DNA of 63,043 nt, counting the filler. It is 5 parts of 5 records of this genome, joined end to end, with 100 filler letters (N's around TTAATTAATTAA, not from the genome) between each part and the next. Parts side by side here need not be neighbours in the genome. Positions count along the whole stretch, not along the records: positions 1 to 17,354 come from DRR378314_2474; positions 17,455 to 25,636 come from DRR378314_2477; 3 more parts are not named here. One strand, written 5' to 3'. Positions 15,901 through 25,608 of this stretch are shown piece after piece. Numbering within the stretch: the first letter of the stretch is position 1; each line of letters starts with the position of its first letter. The notes beneath the pieces are model-generated. The model made no database searches. It was not told where the DNA came from and saw only the letters and a list, made by a program, of their open reading frames with translations. The position numbers and the translations under genes are program-made.

Positions 15901-16547
15901 TGTGCGCGGGTCACGCAGATCACGGAACAGCAAAACGCGCAGCAGGGCGCACTCAAGCTCTGCAGCTCCCCCGCAGGATCGCTGTACACGAAATGTGATG
16001 GCTTGCCTTCCAAGTACGGCAGACCGCTTACACCGCCCGCCGCTCCAATTGCCCAACTGTTAGTTGTTTGCAAATGTTTTGCAAAACTATCCAGCGATTG
16101 TGCATCGAACGCGCTGATTGGGGTGTGGGGGCTGCGCCTCGTTACATCCAGCAGGTGCGAAACATCGCGCGAGTTCGCACTTGCGCGCGCGCTCTCGGGG
16201 CCTGTGTGATGCGATGGAAGAAGTAGGCGCGGTACATGCGCCCGTGTGCAAGCGAGAACGCCAGCTACGCTGCGGTTGTCTTCATACTTGACAGTTTGTA
16301 CAGTGCGAAGTCCATATGCTCCAGTTCTAGCCGGTTCGATGTGGCCAGCGCGGGGTGATAGGTCACGCGGCAAGGAGCGGCGCTCTCGATCAAGCGGGCC
16401 GGAAGAGCGAACGCGAGGCGTTCCTTGCGCTCGCCGACTTTCACTCACACGCCTCTCTCCCGAGCCAACAGAGGCATCGCTGTGAAAAAATAACGACCCC
16501 GTGTCCCTTTCTACCGCGCTAGATTTCCTGAGGAACGAATCGATCAT
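12982..16547 (-). CDS. Multi-exon axonemal dynein light chain domain (p28/DNALI1/AXDND1-like) coiled-coil protein; boundaries approximate
   Basis: The exon at about 15480-15115 encodes PTGRRTVQLLGKWMDD...IYDQCFNALVREATVQCSDMGALFRTLW, resembling the Ax_dynein_light motif (Y..CF.ELIR.VT..C.ERG.L). Coiled-coil exons follow at about 14742-14630 and 13480-13000. The full exon structure was not resolved. Confidence 0.55.
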
Positions 16548-17354
16548 TGTGCGTGCATAGTTGCGCTAGCAATGGCTGTTGGATCGTGCAACCCGCAGCC
16601 TGCGCAGGTACACACTGCAGCGGCGGCACCAGTGCGCGGCTGCAGGAATTCGGTCCGTGCGCAGTTTGATCAAAGACAACTGCGCGTCGATTCCGCTAGC
16701 ACATGCAATGCTGCGTCCAGAATACAAATGGTTTCTTCTGTCAGCCAACGCAACGAAAAAAAAAACCCAACGTTTTCACGCCGCGCGGCAGCGCAGTGGG
16801 CAGCAAAGAGCAGGGCGGGGCGAGGGCTACGTAGCGACTCGTTGGGCGTGCTCTCCCGCGAGCTGCCCAGAAAATAATGCGCGCGGCCGCTTCACCCAGT
16901 CACGATGCGGAGCTGACAGAAGTGGCGGCATGCAATTTACCCCTGGCTCTTACCCGCGGCAGTCGGGTAACGGAGCCCGCGCGGTGGTGGCGGGGGGGGG
17001 AGGGTAAGCAGTTCGTGAGTGCGGCCACCAGCGCTATGCCAGACCACAGCGCAACCCTGGCGCCCAGCGAGCGACCACGTATGCGCAGAGCAAGTGCTGA
17101 GCAGCTCATAGCGTTCGGTGTGTTCCTGCACCGGTGTGCGTAGTTGCGCGGCGTTTCCAGCGCTACCGAAATCTTTCTACCGCGCACCGCTGTCATTATC
17201 CTCACTTCAGCACTGTCGCCGAAGGACTCGCGCCTGTTTCGGCGTTGCTATCACGCGCGTGGGGGTGTGAATTTCGACGCGTGGGAGAAGTCGCGCGCCC
17301 CTCGCACGTAGCACGGCCGCCATGGCAAGGATGCTACTAGAGGATCTTGAACTC

Positions 17355-17454
17355 NNNNNNNNNNNNNNNNNNNNNNNNNNNNNNNNNNNNNNNNNNNNTT
17401 AATTAATTAANNNNNNNNNNNNNNNNNNNNNNNNNNNNNNNNNNNNNNNNNNNN
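17355..17454. other. Artificial contig spacer
   Basis: 44 N + TTAATTAATTAA (stops in all six frames) + 44 N. Confidence 0.99.
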
Positions 17455-17959
17455 TGCCACTGATCACCTGCACAGCTCACTTGCCCACCACCGTGAAGCG
17501 ATCAGCAAAGCACCCAGCACCGTCGATTTACTTACCCTTGAAGCCCGACTCACCAAAACGTTGTTCAAGCTAGCGGTTAATGCAGTCGACTACGGTGACT
17601 TCACCCGCGCCAAGCGTGGCGCAGGCACTGACCCTGCCAACCGCTTTCTTGATCACGGCAACTACCTCGCCTATGGCCTAGCGGCGACCGCCACCTGGGT
17701 ATTGGGCATTCCCCACGGACTTGCGGTACTCCACGGCAAAACCCGTCGCGGCGGGTTGGTGTTTGATGTGGCGGATCTGGTCAAAGACGCGGTGATTCTG
17801 CCTCAGGCGTTTATTTCCGCTATGCGCGGCGACGAAGAGCAGGAGTTTCGCCAAGCGTGTATTGAGCGCTTAACGCGCACCGAATCTCTCGACTTTATGA
17901 TTGATACGCTCAAGGAAGTCGCCCAGGCGCTGGGGCAAGAATTGGGGAGCGGCGAGTAA
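17455..17959 (+). CDS. cas1: Type I-F Cas1, 5'-truncated by the contig edge
   Basis: NRFLDHGNYLAYGLAATATWVLGIPHGLAVLHGKTRRGGLVFDVADLVKDA is the Cas1f C-terminal signature. The stop overlaps the cas2-3 start (TAATG). Confidence 0.96.
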
Positions 17960-20900
17960 TGAACGTGCTGCTGATTTCCCAGTGCAATAAAAATGCACTC
18001 AAGCAAACTCGCCGTGTTCTCGATCAGTTTGCCGAACGCCGGGGTGACCGCACCTGGCAAACACCGATTACCCAGGCAGGGTTAGATACACTGCGCAAAC
18101 TGCTGCGTAAAACTGCCCGTAAAAATACCGCCGTTGCCTGTCACTGGATTCGTGGCCACGACCACAGTGAACTGATGTGGGTAGTGGGCGATGCGTCGCG
18201 GTTTAATATCAATGGCGCAGTACCAACTAATACCACTGCACGAGACATCCTTCGCCGCCGCGATGAAAATGACTGGCATAACGGTGAAGACATTCTATTG
18301 CTCACTGCTATGGCTGCGTTACTCCACGACCTGGGAAAAGCTTGCGATGCCTTCCAGCAGCGGCTTAAAGGCAAGCTGGAAGGGCGTAACTTATACCGCC
18401 ATGAGTGGATATCGCTACGCCTGTTTCAAGCGTTTGTAGGGAGTGATGACGACGCCACATGGTTGGCGCGCTTAGCCGAAGGGGACTATCAAGAGCAAGA
18501 CTGGCTGGAAGGATTAGAACGTGACGGGATGGATTCCCCCACCTCAGCGGTGTTTAGTCGCTTACCGCCGCTAGCTGTCGCTCTGGGTTGGCTAGTGCTT
18601 AGTCACCACCGTCTACCTTTAAAACCGCCGGAAAAAGATGGTGAAAAAGAAAGGCGCTGGGGCATAGGAAACTCACCACTTCAGGCAGAGCAGCTGGGCG
18701 GCTTATTTGCTTCTATTCATGCCGAGTGGAACGAGATTCCTGAGACGCAAGACCCTAAACGCATCGCGCCTTACTGGCGATTCAGCAGCGGGTTGCCTGT
18801 CACAACATCGCGCTGGCAAAAGCGGACAACGGTAATCGCGAAGCGACTGCTGGCGCGTTTGCCACAAAGCGGGAACTTGCTGGAAAGTCACTATGTGATG
18901 CATTTGGCGCGGCTTAGTTTGATGCTGGCTGACCACCACTATTCCAGCCTGGAAGATCCTCTGCACCGTGTGCGCGGTGAGACAAACTATCCGTTGATTG
19001 CCAATACCGTGCGCAAAACCGGCAAGCCCAATCAGCCGTTGGATGAGCATATTCTGGGGGTTGAAAAACATGCCGCCGCAGTCGCCCGTGCGCTGCCCAG
19101 TGTAGACAGTCACTTACCCCGTCTAGCGCGCCATAAAGGTTTTCGTAAACGTAGCAGCCATCCACGGTTTCGTTGGCAGGATAAAGCCTTTGATCTGGCG
19201 CAGTCGCTTAGGGAGCACAGTCAGCGCCAGGGCTTTTTTGGCATCAATATGGCATCCACTGGCTGCGGCAAGACCCTAGCTAATGGGCGCATTATGTACG
19301 CACTGGCCGACCCCCAGCAGGGTGCGCGCTTTAGTATTGCGCTTGGGCTACGAACCCTTACGTTACAGACAGGCCAAGCGCTTCGTGAACGCTTGAACCT
19401 TGGTGAAGATGAACTTGCCGTGCGTGTAGGCGGCAGTGCGAATAAAGCCCTATTTGAACACTACGAGCAGGAAGCCGAGGCCAGCGGATCGGCATCCAAA
19501 CAGGCGCTGATTGAAGAAGATGCCCACGTAGTATTTGACGGTAATTTTGATAGTCACCCAGTGCTTCGCCGTTTAAGCGATGAGCCAGGCACTCGTGCGC
19601 TTATCGCTGCCCCCATTTTGGTATGTACTGTCGACCACCTAGTACCTGCCACAGAAAGTACGCGAGGCGGGCGGCAGATCGTGCCTATGCTGCGCCTCAT
19701 GAGCAGCGATCTAGTGCTCGATGAAATCGACGATTTCGATATTAACGACCTGCCTGCGCTTACCCGGCTGGTCAATTGGGCTGGGCTGCTAGGTTCACGA
19801 GTGCTGCTTTCATCGGCCACCTTGCCGCCTGCGTTAGTGGAAGGGCTGTATGACGCCTACCGCAGCGGGCGTGAAGCTTTTCAGCGTCACCGTGGCGAAC
19901 CGGGCTTGGCGGTAGATATCTGTTGCGCCTGGTTCGACGAGCATGACCGCCAGCACCACGACTGCGTTAGTCGCGAGGCCTTCAAGGTTGCCCATCACAC
20001 CTTTGCCAAGCGTCGGTTAGAGCGCTTAGCCAAAAGCCCGGTACGCCGCCGCGCAGATATTTTAGCGTTGCCACCGCTGGGCAAACGCCCCGAAGAGATA
20101 AGACCCCCCATTGCAGCCCTGCTGCGTGAACATGCGTTAGCGCTTCACCTACAGCATCACTCCGTTGACCCCCATTCGGGCAAACGCGTCAGTTTTGGCT
20201 TGATTCGAATGGCCAATATTGACCCCTTGGTGGATGTCGCCAGGGCGCTTTTTCAGCAAGGCGCCCCCGACGGAGTGCGAGTTCACCTATGCGTTTATCA
20301 CTCCCGCCACCCGTTGGTGATGCGCTCAGAAATTGAACGCCGGTTAGATAAAACGTTGCAGCGGGCCGAACCGGATCGTGTGTTTCAGCAGCCGGATATC
20401 CGCCGTCTGCTGGATAGCAGCCAAGAAAACGACCACCTGTTTATCGTGCTGGGCTCGCCGGTAACGGAAGTGGGCCGTGATCACGATTACGACTGGGCCA
20501 TTGTCGAGCCCTCCTCCATGCGCTCGATTATTCAGTTAGCGGGCCGGGTACGCCGCCATCGCGAACAGGCCTGTGAGGTGCCAAATATTCTGCTCCTGGA
20601 GACAAATCTAAAACACATGGAGCGCTCGGATGAACCCGCTTTTCATAAGCCAGGTTTTGAAACAAAGATGGACTGGAAACTTAATAGCCACTCACTTAAC
20701 ACGCTGTTAACGCCAGATGAGTATCAAGTGATTGATGCCCGCCCCCGCGTGCTGGCGCGGGAAACGTTGCACGCCAAAGACAGCCTTGTCGATCTGGAGC
20801 ATGAGCGGCTGCACCAACTGATGATCGAGCAGCCCGCCGAGCCGTTAACCAAAAAAGAGCTACGAATCGGCAAAACGCCCAAGCCTCCGCCCTTAGGAGC

Positions 20901-21303
20901 CTATAGCTGGCATGTGATGCCGCAACTGCATTTAACCGGTGTATTGATTCAACGTGATCCATTTCGTAAGCAGCTCGAACCTGAAATAACGCTAGCACTG
21001 CTGCCCGATGAGGGGGGCGAAACCTGGGCGCTACACCGTGTGGACGATGGCGCAAGGCGAGGCGAAAAACTCTACGTTCCGGTGGAAGAAAGCCTGCTGG
21101 TGCGGGTAGGCCTAGCAAAAGAGCAGGGCGAGCGGATTCAACCCTGGGGTGCAAGTGATTACCTAACGGCGCTGGCTGACTTAGCGGAAGACCTGGATAT
21201 CTCCCTTGATCGCGCCGCACGCACCTTCGGCACGGTGACCGCCTCGGCTAGAAACCAGCGATGGGGGTATCACCCGGTGTTGGGGTTTTGGCGGAGCAAA
21301 TGA
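17959..21303 (+). CDS. cas3: Type I-F Cas2-Cas3 fusion nuclease/helicase
   Basis: Cas2-like N-terminus (MNVLLISQC...RRVLDQFAERRGDRTWQTPIT), HD motifs LLHDLGKA and LADHHYSS, Walker A MASTGCGKT, LVLDEIDDF, LLSSATL and QLAGRVRRHR; 1114 aa. Confidence 0.97.
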   Translation: MNVLLISQCNKNALKQTRRVLDQFAERRGDRTWQTPITQAGLDTLRKLLRKTARKNTAVACHWIRGHDHSELMWVVGDASRFNINGAVPTNTTARDILRRRDENDWHNGEDILLLTAMAALLHDLGKACDAFQQRLKGKLEGRNLYRHEWISLRLFQAFVGSDDDATWLARLAEGDYQEQDWLEGLERDGMDSPTSAVFSRLPPLAVALGWLVLSHHRLPLKPPEKDGEKERRWGIGNSPLQAEQLGGLFASIHAEWNEIPETQDPKRIAPYWRFSSGLPVTTSRWQKRTTVIAKRLLARLPQSGNLLESHYVMHLARLSLMLADHHYSSLEDPLHRVRGETNYPLIANTVRKTGKPNQPLDEHILGVEKHAAAVARALPSVDSHLPRLARHKGFRKRSSHPRFRWQDKAFDLAQSLREHSQRQGFFGINMASTGCGKTLANGRIMYALADPQQGARFSIALGLRTLTLQTGQALRERLNLGEDELAVRVGGSANKALFEHYEQEAEASGSASKQALIEEDAHVVFDGNFDSHPVLRRLSDEPGTRALIAAPILVCTVDHLVPATESTRGGRQIVPMLRLMSSDLVLDEIDDFDINDLPALTRLVNWAGLLGSRVLLSSATLPPALVEGLYDAYRSGREAFQRHRGEPGLAVDICCAWFDEHDRQHHDCVSREAFKVAHHTFAKRRLERLAKSPVRRRADILALPPLGKRPEEIRPPIAALLREHALALHLQHHSVDPHSGKRVSFGLIRMANIDPLVDVARALFQQGAPDGVRVHLCVYHSRHPLVMRSEIERRLDKTLQRAEPDRVFQQPDIRRLLDSSQENDHLFIVLGSPVTEVGRDHDYDWAIVEPSSMRSIIQLAGRVRRHREQACEVPNILLLETNLKHMERSDEPAFHKPGFETKMDWKLNSHSLNTLLTPDEYQVIDARPRVLARETLHAKDSLVDLEHERLHQLMIEQPAEPLTKKELRIGKTPKPPPLGAYSWHVMPQLHLTGVLIQRDPFRKQLEPEITLALLPDEGGETWALHRVDDGARRGEKLYVPVEESLLVRVGLAKEQGERIQPWGASDYLTALADLAEDLDISLDRAARTFGTVTASARNQRWGYHPVLGFWRSK

Positions 21304-21305
21304 AA

Positions 21306-21488
21306 TTAAGCCTGCTGGTTAATATCCGCGAGTGTTTCGCAAACCAGGGCTTGTATGCCAGCAAGAGCTTCAGCGCTGTCATTAGCAAGCCAGGAGAGAC
21401 TTGGAAATTGTGAGCATAAGCCTACAAATTGCTGGTCTTCTTCAGACCAAAGAATACTAAAGATGTGGTCGCTGTGATTTATCATCAT
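21306..21488 (-). CDS. Small HicB-like antitoxin (N-terminal domain only, 60 aa), antisense within the cas operon
   Basis: WSEEDQQFVGLCSQFPSLSWLANDSAEALAGIQALVCETLAD matches the HicB N-terminal pattern (W.EED..YVG.C.EFPSLSWLA.T.EEAL.GI..LV). It has no C-terminal RHH/HTH domain and no clear Shine-Dalgarno sequence. Confidence 0.72.
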   Translation of the reverse strand: MMINHSDHIFSILWSEEDQQFVGLCSQFPSLSWLANDSAEALAGIQALVCETLADINQQA

Positions 21489-21527
21489 TGCTATGCCAAC
21501 AGAGTGTGATAACCAAAGGGAAAACGT

Positions 21528-22904
21528 ATGGCAGATAATAGCAGAGCAGCAGAAATTCGCTCTGGGATCGAAGCCTTTCTAAAAGAGCGCTTCGATACCA
21601 AAGCAGAGAAGCTAGCTCCCGACGATCCGAAATACCAGGCGTTGGTTGATCAGTTTCAATTCAATAATTGGCTAGATAGCGCCGCCAAGCGCGTTGGTCA
21701 ACTGCAAGTCGTTACTCACTCACTTAAACCTATCCACCCCGATGCCAAAGGCTCCAACCTTTACGCCCCGCCTGAATCGCTAACTACCCATAACCTTGTC
21801 GGCAGCCACACGCTACCCGCTGATTTTGCGGGTGACGTAGTAGGTAACGCCGCTGCGCTAGATGTTTATAAGTTCTTGAAGCTGGAGTTTGAAGGAAAGT
21901 CGCTACTTGAACGTGTCCTAGAAAATGACACTGAGCTGGCAAAAGCGTTAAGCGATAATTCCGAACAAGCTCAGGCGTGGATCGACGCCTTTGCTGCGAT
22001 TACTGAGCCGCGCGGTGAACATGCTTCACATACCCGGGGTAAACAGCTCTATTGGCTGATGGGTGATGATGCAGCAGACGTAGAAAATGACGCCGAGAAT
22101 TTCCATCTGCTAGCCCCGCTCTATGCCACGTCGCTAGCACATCGAGTATTTCAAACCATTAACCATGACCGTTTTAGCGAAGAGGCCAAAGACGCACGCA
22201 AAGCCAAACGGGAGGGCAAATACGCTGAGCAAGCGGCACACAATTATCCCAACTTGGCCGTGCAGAAAATGGGCGGTACCAAGCCGCAGAATATCTCACA
22301 GTTGAATAGTGAGAGAGGCGGCAACAACTATCTATTGGCATCGCTGCCGCCCAGCTGGAATATCCGCGATATTCGCCCGCCGCTAAAAGTCACCTCCGTG
22401 CTTTCTGACCCAGGGGTCTTCGGTAGTCGCTCAGAAGTGCGCTCCCTTGTCAGAGACCTTAAACGCTTTCTTGAGACCAATCCCTCTACCGACATGCACA
22501 CCCGCGACCTGCGCGATGACTACACCGCCATGTTGATGGATGAGTTGGCTCTGTTTGCTATGCAGATGCATAGCCTGCCTGCGGGTTGGAGCGACGATGA
22601 GAAATGTGAACTGGTCGCCGAAGAAGCCTTCTGGCTAGATCCTGGCCGCGCTGAAGAGGATGTTCCTTTTCGTGAAGCTCGAAACAGCGTGGAGTGGGCA
22701 GACGATATTCGCCACCGCTTTGCTAACTGGCTGAATGCCGCGTTAGGCGGAAAGCTGCCTTTGGGTGATGTGGAATTCCGCCACTGGAAGAAAGCGCTGG
22801 CGAAAGATACGACCCATCAACGTTTATTAGATCGTGACCGCCGCTGGATGGAAAGCCTAACGGAAGACCTAACCAACCTGCCAGGAGGTGATGACGATGA
22901 GTAA
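21528..22904 (+). CDS. csy1: Type I-F Cascade large subunit Csy1 (Cas8f)
   Basis: Motifs THSLKPIHPDAKGSN, DVVGNAAALDVYKFL and GGTKPQNISQLNSERGG; AGGGA-like RBS upstream; 458 aa. Confidence 0.96.
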   Translation: MADNSRAAEIRSGIEAFLKERFDTKAEKLAPDDPKYQALVDQFQFNNWLDSAAKRVGQLQVVTHSLKPIHPDAKGSNLYAPPESLTTHNLVGSHTLPADFAGDVVGNAAALDVYKFLKLEFEGKSLLERVLENDTELAKALSDNSEQAQAWIDAFAAITEPRGEHASHTRGKQLYWLMGDDAADVENDAENFHLLAPLYATSLAHRVFQTINHDRFSEEAKDARKAKREGKYAEQAAHNYPNLAVQKMGGTKPQNISQLNSERGGNNYLLASLPPSWNIRDIRPPLKVTSVLSDPGVFGSRSEVRSLVRDLKRFLETNPSTDMHTRDLRDDYTAMLMDELALFAMQMHSLPAGWSDDEKCELVAEEAFWLDPGRAEEDVPFREARNSVEWADDIRHRFANWLNAALGGKLPLGDVEFRHWKKALAKDTTHQRLLDRDRRWMESLTEDLTNLPGGDDDE

Positions 22905-23865
22905 AGTGAAAAACCTCCTGGTCCTGCCGCGCCTGCGGGTACAAAACGCCAATGCTATTTCCAGCCCAATGACCTGGGGCTTTCCTTCAATGAGCGCTTT
23001 TGTGGGCCTGATGCATGCCCTGGAGCGCAAGCTGTGCGCCGCAGGAATTAACGTTGCTCTCGAAAAGGTCGGTGTTATTTGCCACGACTTTGAAGCGCAG
23101 GCAACCGAAGGCGGTTACATTCGCGGCTTTCATCTAACCCGCAATCCAGTAGACAAAACCGGCGGCACAGCAGCGATTGTAGAAGAAGGGCGCGTCCACC
23201 TTGATATCACGCTGATTTTCACCGTTGATACGGCTGCTGCCGAAAGCGAGCGTGGGCATATTGCCGAGCAAGTCGGCGAGATGGTAGCGGGAATGCGTAT
23301 CGCTGGGGGGAGTGTGGTGCCTAACCGAAGCGCTCCCATCCATAAGCAGCACCCACAATGGGTCACGCTGGATGACGATGAAGAGCGGCGTCAAACGCAA
23401 TTCGCGCGCCTAAAACGCCGCTGGCTGCCGGGCTTTGCGCTAACCCTACGTGACGACTATCTCACCGAACACCTGCAAACGCTGCAACAGCACAATCCCG
23501 ATGCCAGCTTGCTGGATGCGTGGCTAGACCTCTCTCGTCTTAACCATTACTGCACGTTAGAAAATGCAGGCGAGCCGAACGAGAAGCCTGTTTGGCAGGC
23601 CCAGCGTCCCTATCGCGGCTGGCTGGTGCCTATCCCCGTGGGTTATGCCGCTATTTCCGATCTTTTTAAGCCTGGAGAAGTGGCGAACGCCCGCGATACC
23701 AAGACCCCGTTCCGCTTTGTCGAAAGCCTCTACTCCATTGGTGAATGGGTTAGCCCACACCGCATGAAGCAACCTGAAGACCTGCTTTGGTACGTTGATA
23801 ACGACGAAGAAGCGGGCCTCTACCGTCTCAATAACGACTATCACCTTCGCGCCTCAGCACAGTAA
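22888..23865 (+). CDS. csy2: Csy2 (Cas5f); the true start may be the downstream ATG at 22897
   Basis: Motifs LRVQNANAISSPMTWGFP, LTRNP, RIAGG and GWLVPIPVGY; GGAGG upstream; overlaps the csy1 stop. Confidence 0.96.
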   Translation: MMTMSKVKNLLVLPRLRVQNANAISSPMTWGFPSMSAFVGLMHALERKLCAAGINVALEKVGVICHDFEAQATEGGYIRGFHLTRNPVDKTGGTAAIVEEGRVHLDITLIFTVDTAAAESERGHIAEQVGEMVAGMRIAGGSVVPNRSAPIHKQHPQWVTLDDDEERRQTQFARLKRRWLPGFALTLRDDYLTEHLQTLQQHNPDASLLDAWLDLSRLNHYCTLENAGEPNEKPVWQAQRPYRGWLVPIPVGYAAISDLFKPGEVANARDTKTPFRFVESLYSIGEWVSPHRMKQPEDLLWYVDNDEEAGLYRLNNDYHLRASAQ

Positions 23866-23880
23866 ACAAGGAGCTTTATC

Positions 23881-24906
23881 ATGGCTAAAAACGATACCCT
23901 TAAAACCGCCTCCGTCCTCGCCTTCGAACGCAAGCTCGACCCTTCCGATGCGCTGCTGTACGCCAGCCATTGGGATAGGCGCCAAGATGAACAGCAGTGG
24001 CAGCCGGTTAAGGTGCGTGAAAAATCGGTACGCGGCACTATTTCCAACCGCTTGAAAGCTAAAGACCAAGATCCCGCTAAGCTAGATGCCGCGATTGAAA
24101 ATCCCAACCTTCAAACCGTCGATGTGGCCACGCTGCCCCACGATGCGGATACGCTAGTTGCACGTTTCACCCTGCGTGTTTTGGCCGGTGCTGGAACGCC
24201 CTCGGCCTGTAATAACGCTGAGTACCAAGCCAAGCTTGAACAGGCAGTTGCTGAATATAAACAGGCGCAAGGCTTCGATGAGCTGGCGCATCGTTACGCC
24301 AATAACCTCGCTAATGGTCGCTTTCTGTGGCGTAACCGCATGGGCGCAGAGCAAGTCGAGGTCAGCATTCGCCAGTTGGCTCAAGGCAAAGCCACCAAAG
24401 AGTGGACGTTTGACGCACTGTCGCTCTCGTTGCGAGCTTTTGAGGACACCGCTGAGCTTAAAGAACTTGCGGGTGTAATCGCCTCCGCGTTGGCGGGCGA
24501 GCAGCACTTACTGCTAGAGGTGGTGGCTTATGTCCGCATGGGTAGCGGACAAGAGGTGTTTCCTTCTCAAGAGCTGATTCTTGATCGAGGCCGGGGCGAC
24601 AAGAGCAAAACGCTTTATCACGTCAGCGAGATTGCCGGTATTCATTCGCAGAAGCTGGGTAACGCTATCCGTACCATCGATACCTGGTACCCCAATGAAA
24701 ACGACGAAGATCTTGGCCCAATCGCAGTAGAGCCCTATGGTTCCGTCACCACTCAGGGTAAAGCTTATCGCCAGCCTAAGCAGAAAGCCGACTTCTATTC
24801 ATTACTTGATAACTGGATGGTCAAAGACCAAGTGCCGTCTACCGAACAGCAGCACTTTGTTATGGCAACCCTGATTCGCGGTGGTGTCTTTGGCGAAGCG
24901 GGGTAA
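23881..24906 (+). CDS. csy3: Csy3 (Cas7f) backbone subunit
   Basis: Motifs [54 protein letters not shown] and [17 protein letters not shown]. Confidence 0.97.
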   Translation: MAKNDTLKTASVLAFERKLDPSDALLYASHWDRRQDEQQWQPVKVREKSVRGTISNRLKAKDQDPAKLDAAIENPNLQTVDVATLPHDADTLVARFTLRVLAGAGTPSACNNAEYQAKLEQAVAEYKQAQGFDELAHRYANNLANGRFLWRNRMGAEQVEVSIRQLAQGKATKEWTFDALSLSLRAFEDTAELKELAGVIASALAGEQHLLLEVVAYVRMGSGQEVFPSQELILDRGRGDKSKTLYHVSEIAGIHSQKLGNAIRTIDTWYPNENDEDLGPIAVEPYGSVTTQGKAYRQPKQKADFYSLLDNWMVKDQVPSTEQQHFVMATLIRGGVFGEAG

Positions 24907-24909
24907 GCC

Positions 24910-25479
24910 ATGGATCACTATATCGATATCCGTTTAAGGCCCGACCCGGATTTTCCAGAGCCGATGTTAATGGGCGCACTTTACAACAAGTTGCACCGGG
25001 CGCTTTTCGACCTGGAGGCCAATGATATTGGCGTCAGCTTCCCAGGTCATAAGCATGGTATCCGAGCGCGAACGTTAGGCGACCACCTGCGTTTGCATGG
25101 CCCACATGCGCGGCTGAAGCAACTGATGGGGGCTGACTGGCTAACCGGTATGCGCGACCATACGAAAGTCAGCGAGCTGCTAGCCGTGCCTGCAGGAACG
25201 AAGCATATCAACGTGGCGCGCAAGCAGTTCAATACGGGTAGTCCAAGCCGCGCAAAACGCTACGCTAAACGGCATGACATCTCAGAAGATGAGGCACGGC
25301 AGATCTATGCCAAGTTGGCTGAGCGGCGTATAGAGCTACCCTTTATACAGATCAATAGCCGCTCTACCCAGCAGCGATTCAGCCTGTTTATAGAACACAG
25401 CAAAGCTCATGAAAACGCAGTGGCGGGTGCGTTTAACCACTATGGTTTAAGCAGTAACGCAACCGTGCCGTGGTTTTGA
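24910..25479 (+). CDS. csy4: Csy4 (Cas6f) crRNA endoribonuclease
   Basis: Motifs MDHYIDIRL, catalytic-region KLHRAL, IGVSFP, SRSTQQRFSLFI and the C-terminal FNHYGLS...TVPWF. Confidence 0.96.
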   Translation: MDHYIDIRLRPDPDFPEPMLMGALYNKLHRALFDLEANDIGVSFPGHKHGIRARTLGDHLRLHGPHARLKQLMGADWLTGMRDHTKVSELLAVPAGTKHINVARKQFNTGSPSRAKRYAKRHDISEDEARQIYAKLAERRIELPFIQINSRSTQQRFSLFIEHSKAHENAVAGAFNHYGLSSNATVPWF

Positions 25480-25608
25480 CCCTTTTTTCTAACGTGAAAA
25501 TTGGCAACCAATAATCAACCACTTAGCGGTGTCGCTCAAAAAAGGGTGATACCGCTTTTTTTGGCTAAAGCTCTTTAACAATCAGCACATTAATTTTGAT
25601 ATGCTCTA
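25479..25608 (+). promoter_or_regulatory. Type I-F CRISPR leader with two IHF sites and an inverted repeat
   Basis: AT-rich. IHF consensus WATCARNNNNTTR occurs at 25513-25525 (AATCAACCACTTA) and 25580-25592 (AATCAGCACATTA). Inverted repeat ACCCTTTTTT (25479-25488) / AAAAAAGGGT (25538-25547). Confidence 0.85.

Noticed and set aside
17399..17410. TTAATTAATTAA recurring four times as a biological repeat or target site
   Set aside because: It is always centred in 44 N + 44 N and is a synthetic six-frame stop linker.
21304..21527. A CreA/CreR-like degenerate mini-array between cas3 and csy1
   Set aside because: I found no CTGCC/GGCAG stem or other repeat-like sequence by eye. A sensitive alignment with the repeat would be needed to exclude it fully.
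21528..25479. A variant I-F system (HNH-fused Cas8/Cas5, Cas8-Cas5 fusion, or Tn7-associated)
   Set aside because: Csy1-4 have ordinary lengths with no extra domains, cas1 and cas2-3 are present, and no tniQ/tns genes are on the contig.
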